From assembly GCA_934654835.1 (NCBI GenBank), contig CAKUGY010000003.1:115416-179415 (forward strand): a stretch of 64,000 nucleotides of DNA, written 5' to 3'. Both the position numbers and the translations under genes were made by a program. This document shows positions 48,750-57,612 of the stretch, piece by piece. Within the stretch, counting starts at the first letter, position 1. Each line of letters starts with the position of its first letter. The stretch comes from an uncultured Collinsella sp. (GTDB lineage Bacteria > Actinomycetota > Coriobacteriia > Coriobacteriales > Coriobacteriaceae). A model generated the notes under the pieces. That model made no database searches. It saw only the letters and a list, made by a program, of their open reading frames with translations, and was not told where the DNA came from.

Positions 48750-49010
48750 CGCGGAGTTCGCGCAAAGCGCGAACCAGCGAAAGGGGATAGAGACCCCAAA
48801 CAACAACAGCTACCATTGAGTCCAAAGTAACCCAATCAATGGGTAGCGTCCTTTCAACAGCGCCGCCCTTACATCCCAAAGTGGCGCGCCTCCCGCGCCG
48901 AAACGGCGCGGGACAGCGACCGGGACCAAAGGCCCTCTCAGCCAAGTCCAACTCAGACAAGGAACTCCGCCAGACAGCGATGCCCAAGAACCGCCAGCGA
49001 CGTTAACGCA

Positions 49011-49137
49011 GGCCGGGGCCGGGCTTGGTTTTGAAAACACTCCGCAGCGCGAGGCCCGCCTTTCCGCAGCTCCGCAGGAGCAGGAAAGACGGGCCTCATG
49101 CGCGAGGACGTTTTCAAAACCAAGCCCGGCCCCGGCC
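49011..49137. repeat. 127-nt near-perfect long hairpin immediately 3' of the P-type ATPase gene
   Basis: Outer arms GGCCGGGGCCGGGCTTGGTTTTGAAAAC (49011-49038) / GTTTTCAAAACCAAGCCCGGCCCCGGCC (49110-49137). Inner arms GAGGCCCGCCTTTCC / GGAAAGACGGGCCTC. Confidence 0.75.
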
Positions 49138-49145
49138 GGACAACG

Positions 49146-51098
49146 CTACAGGTTCTTGACACCCATCGCGCGCATGGCGTTCAGAATGGCGATGATCGCC
49201 ACGCCTACATCGCCGAACACGGCGAGCCACATGTTGGCAATGCCGAGCGCCGCAAGCACCAGAATCAGCAGCTTGATACCCAGCGCAAAGATGATGTTCT
49301 GCCAGACAATTGTCATGGTCTTGCGCGCTACGCGAATCGCACGGGCGATGTTGGACGGCTTGTCGTCCATGAGTACGACGTCGGCGGCCTCAATCGCGGC
49401 GTCCGAACCCATGGCGCCCATGGCGATTCCGACGTCGGCTCGGGTGAGCACGGGTGCGTCGTTGATACCGTCGCCGACAAAGGCGAGCTTGCCCTTGCCG
49501 CTCTCGGCCGAAAGCAGCGCCTCGACGCGCTCGACCTTGTCGCCTGGCAGCAGCTGCGCATGGAACTCGTCGAGCCCAAGCCGCTTGGCCACCTCAACCG
49601 CTACTTCCTCGCGGTCGCCCGTGAGCATAACGGTGCGCTTGACGCCGGCGGCGTGCAGGTCGCGAATCGTTTGCTCGGCATCGGCCTTTACGGTATCGGC
49701 GATCACGATGTGGCCGGCGTACGTGCCATCGATCAGCACATGCAGGATTGTACCAACGACCTCGCAATTGGGAGCGTCGATACCTGCCGCAGCGAGCATC
49801 TTGGCGTTACCGACGACGACGTGCTTGCCGTCGATGGTTGCCGTCACACCGTGGCCCGCGTCGTTGGCGGAGTCGCTCACGCGTTTGGGGTCGACCTCGC
49901 CCTGGTAGGCGGCGCGCACCGACTGCGCGATGGGGTGGTCGGAGAACGACTCGGCTAGGGCTGCGACCTCGAGGAGCGACTGCTCGGTATAGCCGGACTC
50001 GGGGTGTACCGCGACGACCGAGAACGTACCGTTGGTGAGGGTGCCGGTCTTGTCGAAGACGACGGTGTCAACGTCGGCAAGCGTCTCGAGGTAGTTGGAG
50101 CCTTTGATGAGAACGCCCAGCTTGGACGCGCCGCCGATGCCGCCAAAGAAGCTCAGCGGCACGCTGATAACGAGGGCACAGGGGCAGCTGACGACCAGGA
50201 AGGTCAGGCCGCGCAGGATCCAGTCGGACCAGGCGCCGGTGATCAGACCGCCGCCGAGCGCGAGCACCGCAGCGGCGCCGGTGACGGCGGGCGTGTAGAC
50301 GCGTGCGAAGCGCGTGATGAAGTTCTCGGTGCGCGCCTTCTTTTCGCTGGCGTTTTCCACGAGCTCCAGGATGCGGCTGACGGTGGACTCGCCAAACGGC
50401 TTGGTGGTACGCACGCGGATGAGGCCCGTCATGTTGATGCAGCCGCTGATGATATCGTCGCCGAACTTGGCGGGGCGGGGGACCGATTCGCCGGTGAGGG
50501 CGGCGGTGTCGAGCTGCGTCTCGCCGTCGACGATGACGCCATCGATGGGCACGCGCTCGCCGGGCTTGACGACGATCACGGTGCCGACGGCAATGTCATC
50601 GGGGAAGACCTGCTCGAGCGTGCCGTCAGGCTGCTCGACGTTGGCGTAGTCGGGCGCGATGTCCATCATGGCGCTGATCGACTTGCGGCTTTTGCCTACG
50701 GCGTAGGCCTGGAACAGCTCGCCGACCTGGTAGAACAGCATGACGGCGGCGCCTTCGGCCATGTGCGGGTCGGCATCGGGGAAGAGAACCATGGCAAACG
50801 CGCCGATGGTCGCAACGACCATGAGGAAGCTTTCGTCGAAGGCCTTGCCGCGGCGGATGTTGTTAAACGCCTTTTGAAGGACGTCATAGCCGCCGATTAA
50901 AAACGGCACGAGGAACAGCACGAAGCTGGCGTATATGTCGCCCGGCTCGCCGAACATTGCGGTCAGGGCGCCAAGCTCCTCGAGGGCATATACCACAGCA
51001 AAGATGCCCAGCGCCACCAGGATGCGATTGCGCTTATGCTCGAGGGACTCTTTCTTCTTGCGCTTCTTCTTTTTCTTTTTGGGGTCGGCGGTCGCCAT
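49146..51098 (-). CDS. Heavy-metal-translocating P1B-type ATPase (Cd/Zn/Co-type) lacking an N-terminal HMA domain
   Basis: CPC motif (VVSCPCALVIS), DKTGTLT, GDGINDAP, and TGES. The N-terminus is a lysine-rich tail, not a CxxC domain. Confidence 0.9.
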   Translation of the reverse strand: MATADPKKKKKKRKKKESLEHKRNRILVALGIFAVVYALEELGALTAMFGEPGDIYASFVLFLVPFLIGGYDVLQKAFNNIRRGKAFDESFLMVVATIGAFAMVLFPDADPHMAEGAAVMLFYQVGELFQAYAVGKSRKSISAMMDIAPDYANVEQPDGTLEQVFPDDIAVGTVIVVKPGERVPIDGVIVDGETQLDTAALTGESVPRPAKFGDDIISGCINMTGLIRVRTTKPFGESTVSRILELVENASEKKARTENFITRFARVYTPAVTGAAAVLALGGGLITGAWSDWILRGLTFLVVSCPCALVISVPLSFFGGIGGASKLGVLIKGSNYLETLADVDTVVFDKTGTLTNGTFSVVAVHPESGYTEQSLLEVAALAESFSDHPIAQSVRAAYQGEVDPKRVSDSANDAGHGVTATIDGKHVVVGNAKMLAAAGIDAPNCEVVGTILHVLIDGTYAGHIVIADTVKADAEQTIRDLHAAGVKRTVMLTGDREEVAVEVAKRLGLDEFHAQLLPGDKVERVEALLSAESGKGKLAFVGDGINDAPVLTRADVGIAMGAMGSDAAIEAADVVLMDDKPSNIARAIRVARKTMTIVWQNIIFALGIKLLILVLAALGIANMWLAVFGDVGVAIIAILNAMRAMGVKNL

Positions 51099-51113
51099 GA
51101 TTCAAACCTCCCA

Positions 51114-51133
51114 TTTGAATGTGTGAACACTCG
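51114..51133. promoter_or_regulatory. Third copy of the ArsR-operator-like motif, between the HMA gene and the ATPase gene
   Basis: TGAACACTCGCTCATATAAT compared with TGAACATGCGCTCATATAAT at 51863-51882 (18 of 20 identical). Confidence 0.45.
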
Positions 51134-51197
51134 CTCATATAATATCGCGAGCAAAGGCCGCGGCAAGCGCGGCCTTGCAGGTTGGCGCGTGTGCGGA

Positions 51198-51416
51198 CTA
51201 GAGGATGATCTCGCAGTCGGGCTCGGCGTCGGCGGTGAACTCAACGACGCGGTCCAGGACCTCGTCGAACTCGGCGTCGTCGGCCTCGAGCGTCAGCTTC
51301 TGGGTCATAAAGTTGACCGACACGGACTTGACGCCCTCGAGCTTGGCCAGCTCCTCCTGAAGCTCACGTGCGCAGTTGGCGCAGTCGATCTCGTCGAGCT
51401 TGAACTGCTTTTTCAT
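51198..51416 (-). CDS. Stand-alone heavy-metal-associated (HMA) domain protein
   Basis: 72 aa, MKKQFKLDEIDCANCARELQEELAKLEGVKSVSVNFMTQKLTLE, with a CxxC metal site in a ferredoxin-like HMA pattern. Confidence 0.8.
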   Translation of the reverse strand: MKKQFKLDEIDCANCARELQEELAKLEGVKSVSVNFMTQKLTLEADDAEFDEVLDRVVEFTADAEPDCEIIL

Positions 51417-51479
51417 GATAGGTTCCTTTCCCTGTGTTAGCGGCCTGGGTGCCGGCTGCGCTGGTACCATGGTTGGCTG

Positions 51480-51845
51480 TTATTCGCAGATGTGGCTCAT
51501 GCCCTGGTTGAGCATGGTGTAGACGTGGTCGTCAGCGAGCGAGTAGAGGATGTTGCGGCCGTCGCGGCGGAACTTGACCAGGTGCGACTGCTTGAGCGTG
51601 CGTAGCTGGTGCGAGACCGCGGACTGCGAGGTTTCGGTTGCTTCGGCGATGTCTGCCACGCACAGCTCGCGGCCCATGAGGGCATAGAGGATCTTGATGC
51701 GCGTGGTGTCGCTGAAGACCTTGAACAGATCGGCAAGGTCGTAGAGCAACTCCTCGTCGGGCAGGTCCTCGGGCGAGCAGGTGGTGGGGACGACGGGCTC
51801 GGCGGTTTCGCCGTCGATCGTTGTTTCATCAGCGTGGTCGCTCAT
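51480..51845 (-). CDS. ArsR/SmtB family metalloregulator (CadC-like)
   Basis: LADLFKVFSDTTRIKILYAL..ELCVADIAEATETSQSAVSHQLRTLK..LV..RRDGRNILYSL is a winged-HTH of the ArsR family. It has an N-terminal Cys and a C-terminal HICE. Confidence 0.88.
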   Translation of the reverse strand: MSDHADETTIDGETAEPVVPTTCSPEDLPDEELLYDLADLFKVFSDTTRIKILYALMGRELCVADIAEATETSQSAVSHQLRTLKQSHLVKFRRDGRNILYSLADDHVYTMLNQGMSHICE

Positions 51846-51857
51846 TGCAACATCCTT

Positions 51858-51916
51858 TCATATGAACATGCGCTCATATAATGTACTTCCGATTATATGA
51901 GCGCATGTTCATATGT
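51858..51916. promoter_or_regulatory. Duplicated palindromic operator upstream of the ArsR-family gene
   Basis: Left arm TCATATGAACATGCGCTCATATAAT (51858-51882), a 9-nt spacer, then its reverse complement ATTATATGAGCGCATGTTCATATG (51892-51915). Each arm also holds an imperfect 8-4-8 palindrome ATATGAAC-ATGC-GCTCATAT. The element starts 13 nt upstream of the ATG. Confidence 0.7.
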
Positions 51917-52236
51917 CAATGCTATTTGTGGCGTTATTTGATAATTGCTTGCCGCCGAAGCGGGATTTTTCTAGTCGAGCATGGCTCGATTCATCGTCCA
52001 TCTGCAAAAATCGAGTTGCGCGGTCGATGGGCTATTCGCGGATTCTCTGAAAGTGCGTATTTGGTTATTTTTGATGCAAATATCTGGTCAATAATGCAAT
52101 AAATTGTTCAATCTTATTTTTTTAAGCGCGCTGTTTCAGTATTTGGAGAGCCGGATTGAGCCATTTGAGGATGACTCGCGTGCTGCCGTGACCACGCAAC
52201 TCGAAAATTGCAGTCGGGCAAATGCGGAAACAGGTT

Positions 52237-53445
52237 TTAGAACGGCAGACCCTCGATCAAATCGACAATCATGTCGTCTTCAGTGCGCGGGCCGACAGTT
52301 TTCGCGTGCGGGCTAGCATCGTCAACCAGGTTCATCTCCTCAGCTAGTTCGCCAACATGCTGCATGTCATCGGGTTCGGGGGTCTCGTTGATGCTCGGGT
52401 CGTCAACCTGCGGATACTGGCTCGCAATTTCTTGCTCTGTTGCCTGCGCTTCTCTGCGCTCTTCGAGGATTCGGCGACCATATTCGAAGTACCGCCGCAA
52501 GACAAATTGGCGAAGATCCTCCTGGAGGGCTGTGAAGTCATCCGGGAGACGCCCGGGGCAGATCTTCTCGCGAATGCGAATCGCTTCCATAACCCGTCTA
52601 AAGGCGGACTGTTTGAAAAATGAATGGCGACTGATAGCGATAACGGCATACCCCATGTTTCGAAGCGTGTTTCGACGCTCCTCATCAATCGCCTGTTGCT
52701 CGGGCTCATCATGGAAAAATCCGTTGTACTCGATGTCGGTCATTGATTTTTCGAGCAGCGCGTCGAAGTAGAATACGGTGCGCCTCGTAAGGGCAGAGTA
52801 CCTTTTGGGAACTGGGACCGGAAAGTCAGTTTTGATGGCGCGAATACCAAAGCCGCCCACGGATTTGGGCATTGTGAGCATCATGACGAAAGCCGTTTCG
52901 AGCGGAGAGCGGCAGCCGTCGCGCACATATCCAAGCGCCTTGATTGCATTGTTTGAGCCGCGATAGCCCGATGCCTGGGAAAAGAAGTTCCTGAGCGCTT
53001 CGGTATTGGTTAGGGCGGGGCGCTCACGATATCCTGTTTCGTCGGATGCGTCGAGTGCGTAGGAGCCACAGATTTCAAAGTAGTATTCAACAAGTTCCCG
53101 TAGGCTGAGATCGTTTGCGGCTTGCAAGGCACACAGTTTGATGTCAACGATATAGATGCCAGCCTCGAGCTCAAGGTAGCTTTCTGAGTCGAAGGTATAG
53201 CGCGTGCGATGGCAAACGCATCCATCGCAATGCCTTCGGGCGTTATTGGAGTACGTCAGTACGTGGACAGTTTTGGATTCGATGCCTTTCCCGTTCAGCC
53301 ACGATTTGGCCGTCTGCAGGTCGGGCTCGGTTGGTACGGATGCCCTGATCCTTTCCATGGGTATGGGGTCGGTCGTGAATAGCGCGACCGACTCGGCTGC
53401 TTGGTATACGGCCCGTGCCGTGGCATGTGATAGAACGATTCCCAT
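52237..53445 (-). CDS. Hypothetical protein with C-terminal DUF559/Vsr-like endonuclease-fold region (paralog of 61635-62684)
   Basis: The pattern FDALLEKSMTDIEYNGFFHDEPEQQAIDEERRNTLRNMGYAVIAIS resembles DUF559 (D..L......E.DG..H......D..R...L...G..V.R). It sits in a visibly AT-richer patch. Confidence 0.55.
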   Translation of the reverse strand: MGIVLSHATARAVYQAAESVALFTTDPIPMERIRASVPTEPDLQTAKSWLNGKGIESKTVHVLTYSNNARRHCDGCVCHRTRYTFDSESYLELEAGIYIVDIKLCALQAANDLSLRELVEYYFEICGSYALDASDETGYRERPALTNTEALRNFFSQASGYRGSNNAIKALGYVRDGCRSPLETAFVMMLTMPKSVGGFGIRAIKTDFPVPVPKRYSALTRRTVFYFDALLEKSMTDIEYNGFFHDEPEQQAIDEERRNTLRNMGYAVIAISRHSFFKQSAFRRVMEAIRIREKICPGRLPDDFTALQEDLRQFVLRRYFEYGRRILEERREAQATEQEIASQYPQVDDPSINETPEPDDMQHVGELAEEMNLVDDASPHAKTVGPRTEDDMIVDLIEGLPF

Positions 53446-53967
53446 ATGCGCATCATGACATAGCTTGTGCTCTGCACACTGAAGGCATCGGGCAACGGCG
53501 TCGAAACGGAGCGCATCTTCTGCGAACGGTAGTATTCACCCGATGCGCGGTTGAACGGTTGGCGCCAATGGAGAGTTTTCTGTCGCTTGGCCTCATTTGG
53601 GCGAATCCCCGTAGATGTCATCTGCATTTTTCGAGTTAGGCGGTTTTGACTCATGTAAAAAAGTCGATGGAACTGCATCTGTCGTGCAATTTTTGACCGG
53701 AACCAGGTGTTAGGGCGCCAGACCAGCCCGTTTCAGAATGGTTTTTCGCTCTGCAACGGCGAAAAAGGCTTCGGCGGGGAGCTGAGTAAACCGCGCAACT
53801 CAAAAAATGTAGATGGGCGTATTTCAAAATGAGTGGAAGGCGGCGTTCTTTGCCGCGAGAAGGCAAGACGGGGCGCGGTCGAAAGACCGTGCTCCGTCTT
53901 CTGCGCGTTCGTCTGGTTTGCTGCTATTTGCGCTGTGCTGTTATGGGTGTTATCGCGAGCGGCTTCA

Positions 53968-54936
53968 CTACTTCGCGAACAGGTTCTTGAGGTTGAACTC
54001 GGCTTGGACGGTTCGGAGCATGAGGTCGGTGTCGTCGAGGCCCAGGTGTTGCTCGTTGGCGTCGGCAGCGAGGGTGCCGCGGCGGCGTGCCCAGTTTTCG
54101 AGCGCGGCGGGCGCGGACTCGCGGGGGAGTGAACGCACGTCGGCGTCCAGGCTGCGGCAGATCTGGCGGGAGTCGATGACGATGATCTTGCCTGCGCGGC
54201 GTGCCTCGGCGTAGCCATCAAGGTGAATCTTGAACCAGCTGTCCTCGAAGGCGGCGTTGTGCGCCATGTACGGATACTTCTTCATGAGCTTGAGCAGCTG
54301 CTTTTGCAGCTCCTTGTTCTCGCGGAAGGGCTTTTTGCCGTCGATGTCGTCCCACGTAATGTGGTGGATATTCGACAGCGGCACGTCCTCGCCGCGGTAG
54401 ATATCGGGCAGGCCGCAGTAGTGCGCCTCGGCGTCGTGCGGTACGGCGTCGCTGGTGAGTTCCATGATCTCCCAGCCCACGTTGATGATGTAGCCGCGCT
54501 CGGGCGCGCGACCGGTGGTCTCGATGTCGATGCCCAGCACCGTGCCCTGGATGGGCTTGCGGGCGTAGGCCACGCCGAGCGCGTCACGGTCGCCGCGGAT
54601 CTCGCGCATGACCGACGCGGCGGTGCGCTTTTGCATCTTGCCGATGGCGGCGCAGGTGTCGGCGTCGGACAGGCCGCGCGAAAGCGTCGCGGGCGTCACG
54701 TTGCGCAGACGCGCTTCGCCAATCTGGTCGCACAGGTCGCGGTTGCGGTCGGCCAGGTCACGCACGGTGGCAAAGTCAAAGCCGGGGTCATCCTCGGCGG
54801 TAAAGTACTCGGTCTCGAGCACCTTGAGGGCCTCCTCGCCCTTTTGGCGCTCGGACTCCATGGCGCCGTGATCGCCATAGATAAACATGGGGATAAACGG
54901 CTGGCGCTCGTATTCAAGTGCTTGCGAAACGTTCAT
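53968..54936 (-). CDS. DEDDh 3'-5' exonuclease domain protein with about 130-aa N-terminal extension
   Basis: ExoI LGIDIETTG, ExoII AHNAAFEDSW, ExoIII HLGLDDTD. The N-terminal 130 aa match no motif I recognise. Confidence 0.8.
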   Translation of the reverse strand: MNVSQALEYERQPFIPMFIYGDHGAMESERQKGEEALKVLETEYFTAEDDPGFDFATVRDLADRNRDLCDQIGEARLRNVTPATLSRGLSDADTCAAIGKMQKRTAASVMREIRGDRDALGVAYARKPIQGTVLGIDIETTGRAPERGYIINVGWEIMELTSDAVPHDAEAHYCGLPDIYRGEDVPLSNIHHITWDDIDGKKPFRENKELQKQLLKLMKKYPYMAHNAAFEDSWFKIHLDGYAEARRAGKIIVIDSRQICRSLDADVRSLPRESAPAALENWARRRGTLAADANEQHLGLDDTDLMLRTVQAEFNLKNLFAK

Positions 54937-55107
54937 ATGCTGCTCCTTGGACGGGCCGCCTTGCGCGGCTCGGGTTTATTGAGATGTGGCGAGATGATAG
55001 TTTACCATGGGCAACTATTGGCATCACGCCTAGGACAACTACAATACCCTAGTTGACCGCTAGGACTTTTACAATGCTGCCGAAAGACACGAAAGGTTCC
55101 ATCCGTC

Positions 55108-56184
55108 ATGGATTTACTGATAGATATTCTGCTCGACGCCGGTAAAGACACGCTCTCGCTGGTGCCGTTTTTGTTGGTGACGTATCTTGCCCTCGAGACA
55201 CTTGAGCACGTTGCGGGCGACCGCGTCAATGGCGCCATCAAGCGCGCCGGTGCCGCGGGTCCGGTTGTCGGTTCGCTGCTGGGCATCGTGCCGCAGTGCG
55301 GATTTTCGGCCATGGCGGCCACGCTGTACGCCGGTCGCGTTGTGACGTTGGGCACGCTGGTTGCGGTGTTCCTTTCGACTTCCGATGAGATGCTGCCGCT
55401 GTTGCTTGCCGAGCAGGTTCCCGTGCAGACCATGGCGATGCTGCTGGTATCGAAGGCGCTGATTGCGCTGACCACGGGCTTTATCGTGGACGCCGCCATT
55501 CGCGGCCTGCGTCGCAACGCTCGCGCGCATGCGGCGATTCGCCGCACCGTGCTTGGGACCGCTGCCAATCCTGCCCATGTGAACTGCGCGCACGACGACC
55601 ACACCGGCGGTGACATCATCGACGAGGTTGCCGAGGCCGGTGTGAGCGCCGACCATATCCACGAGCTGTGCGAGCGCGACCATTGCGGCTGTGATGATGA
55701 TGAGGGTGAGCATGGGCATGGGCACCACCATGACTACGGTCACGCGGACGAGCATCACCACGACCACGGCCACTCCCACGAGGGCGCGCCTGTCCTATCG
55801 ATCATCCGCAGCGCGATCTCGCACACCGTGCAGGTGTCGGTATTCATTTTTCTAGTGACGCTGATCCTGGTCGCCGTCCTCGAGACCTTTGGCGAGTCGG
55901 CGATCGAGCAGTTCCTGCGCGGCAACGAGATGCTCGCCGTCCTGGGCTCGGCACTTGTTGGCCTGATTCCCAACTGCTCCGCCAGCGTCGTCATTACGCA
56001 GCTGTACCTGGAGGGCGCACTGCAGCTTGCCCCGATGCTCGCCGGCACGCTTATTTCCGCCGGCGTGGGCTACCTGGTGCTGTTCCGCACCAACCGTAGC
56101 GCCCGCGAAAACGCCCTGTTCCTGGTCATGATGTATGTCATCGGTGCCGGCTGGGGACTCATCTTGTCCGCCTGTGGCCTCTAA
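55108..56184 (+). CDS. ArsP_2-type (putative 10-TM heavy-metal) permease with His-rich cytoplasmic loop
   Basis: The N-terminus MDLLIDILLDAGKDTLSLVPFLLVTYLALETLEH and IVPQCGFS are typical of the family. The central loop is CGCDDDEGEHGHGHHHDYGHADEHHHDHGHSHE. Confidence 0.7.
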   Translation: MDLLIDILLDAGKDTLSLVPFLLVTYLALETLEHVAGDRVNGAIKRAGAAGPVVGSLLGIVPQCGFSAMAATLYAGRVVTLGTLVAVFLSTSDEMLPLLLAEQVPVQTMAMLLVSKALIALTTGFIVDAAIRGLRRNARAHAAIRRTVLGTAANPAHVNCAHDDHTGGDIIDEVAEAGVSADHIHELCERDHCGCDDDEGEHGHGHHHDYGHADEHHHDHGHSHEGAPVLSIIRSAISHTVQVSVFIFLVTLILVAVLETFGESAIEQFLRGNEMLAVLGSALVGLIPNCSASVVITQLYLEGALQLAPMLAGTLISAGVGYLVLFRTNRSARENALFLVMMYVIGAGWGLILSACGL

Positions 56185-56286
56185 GTAGATTTTTGGGACA
56201 TGCCTTAAAATCTACCCTTATGACCAGGGCATTTCACACAGTCAAAAACAAAAAGGTAGGTTTTTAGGCATGTCCCAAAAATCTAC
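56185..56286. repeat. Palindromic intergenic element (TTGGGAC family) between convergent genes
   Basis: GTAGATTTTTGGGACATGCCTTAAAATCTACC (56185-56216) / GGTAGGTTTTTAGGCATGTCCCAAAAATCTAC (56255-56286), with an approximately 38-nt loop. Confidence 0.8.
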
Positions 56287-56291
56287 CTTGG

Positions 56292-56774
56292 TTAGTGTAG
56301 TAGCTCGGCAAGGTTGCGCTTAAAGCGGGCTCGGTCCTCGCTGGTGAAGGCTGCCGGTCCGCGGGTGCGTCCTCCGGCGCGGCGCACTTTCTTTTCCTCG
56401 TGGCGGATAAACAGCTGCATGTCGATGGTCGCCTTGTCGTAGACGCGCCCGCGTACGCCGATGGCAGCGGCATCGCGTCCGAGCACCATACTCGCCAGGC
56501 CAATATCCTGCGTCACGACCACGTCGCCCGCCTGCAGGCGCTCGACAATGGCAAAGTCGGCGCTATCGGCGCCCACGCTCACGTCAAGCGTCGAGACCCA
56601 AAAGCCCCGACGCGCGTGCTCGGCGTCGCGCGGATCGTCGCGACGAATGTGACGTTCCAGGTTCTGCGTGCTGTTGCCGGCGATAACAACGGCGACGCCC
56701 GCCCGTCGCGCGCAGTCGATCGACTCGCGCGTGACCGGGCAGGCGTCAGCATCAATAAAAAGCGTTCGCGGCAT
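56292..56774 (-). CDS. YaiI/YqxD family protein (DUF188/UPF0178)
   Basis: LFIDADACPV at the N-terminus, VVTQDIGLA, and about 160 aa in length. Confidence 0.8.
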   Translation of the reverse strand: MPRTLFIDADACPVTRESIDCARRAGVAVVIAGNSTQNLERHIRRDDPRDAEHARRGFWVSTLDVSVGADSADFAIVERLQAGDVVVTQDIGLASMVLGRDAAAIGVRGRVYDKATIDMQLFIRHEEKKVRRAGGRTRGPAAFTSEDRARFKRNLAELLH

Positions 56775-57377
56775 CTAGCGCACCAGTTTGCCAAATTGAA
56801 TGGCGCGAACAATCAGCGTCACGCCAAACACCAACAGCGCAGCGCCGCTAAAGATGACGAGCATTTTGGCCGACCACAGCGGATAGATAAACACGAACAT
56901 GCCCGCGATGATGGAGAGCGCACCGCTCAGGATGGCGAGGGCTCGGTTGGACGAAAGCTCGGACTCCAGAATCGACATGACACCCTCGACGATCCAGCCA
57001 AAGCCGGCAACGACCACCACGAGCGTGGTGAGGGTCGCGGTCGAGAAGGCCTGGTTGCGCAGGATTATCACACCGCCCAGGATGATAAGCAGGTTGGAGA
57101 TGATGCTCGTCACGCGCCAGCCGGTAGGTAGCAGCGGCTCGAAAATAGCGGTAAACAGCCTGATCGCAGCCGTGATCACAAAGTAGAAGCCCAAGACGGT
57201 CGTTAGGAAGACGAGGGACTTGGCGGGTGCAAAAAGCAGTGCGATGCCGGCGAGGAGCGCGATGACACCGGTGATGGCGTAGATCCAGCGCACGGCCTTG
57301 ACGGCCTTGCCCGCCATGCTTTTCTCGTCAAATCCAAACGCGCTCGATTGCTTGTCATCGTTCTTAAAGATGCCCAT
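56775..57377 (-). CDS. HdeD/DUF308 family membrane protein
   Basis: Six hydrophobic segments with repeated GW...G....I..G....F pattern. Its stop codon abuts the start of the downstream gene. Confidence 0.7.
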   Translation of the reverse strand: MGIFKNDDKQSSAFGFDEKSMAGKAVKAVRWIYAITGVIALLAGIALLFAPAKSLVFLTTVLGFYFVITAAIRLFTAIFEPLLPTGWRVTSIISNLLIILGGVIILRNQAFSTATLTTLVVVVAGFGWIVEGVMSILESELSSNRALAILSGALSIIAGMFVFIYPLWSAKMLVIFSGAALLVFGVTLIVRAIQFGKLVR

Positions 57378-57612
57378 GAGGTCTCCTTTCCGTGCGGCGT
57401 AAGCCGTAACTCGTGCAACCAGTATCGCCCAAGGACGCCGTCGTGTGAGGCGGGAAGGGTGAATTGGCGCCTCACCTTCCCGAATTGTTACCTTTGTTCC
57501 CGCTTTGGTGGGGATTATTCAACAGGTGTAGAACATTGCAGCTCTGTTCGTTATTGCCTACGTTTTAGGTTAGATTTTCCTAAGAACAATTGCCTTATTT
57601 TGGGGGGTCCCT

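Noticed and set aside
48343-48987. 214-aa minus-strand ORF overlapping the MntR-like gene and the downstream spacer
   Set aside because: It is antisense to a gene with clear DtxR/MntR motifs, and its product is P/R/S-rich with no features.
53295-53678. 127-aa minus-strand ORF overlapping the 5' end of the DUF559-like gene
   Set aside because: It is in a different frame, overlapping the better-supported gene. It has no RBS, and its N-terminal part lies in the ORF-poor gap. A frameshifted upstream extension was considered, but the paralog at 61635 begins at the equivalent position.
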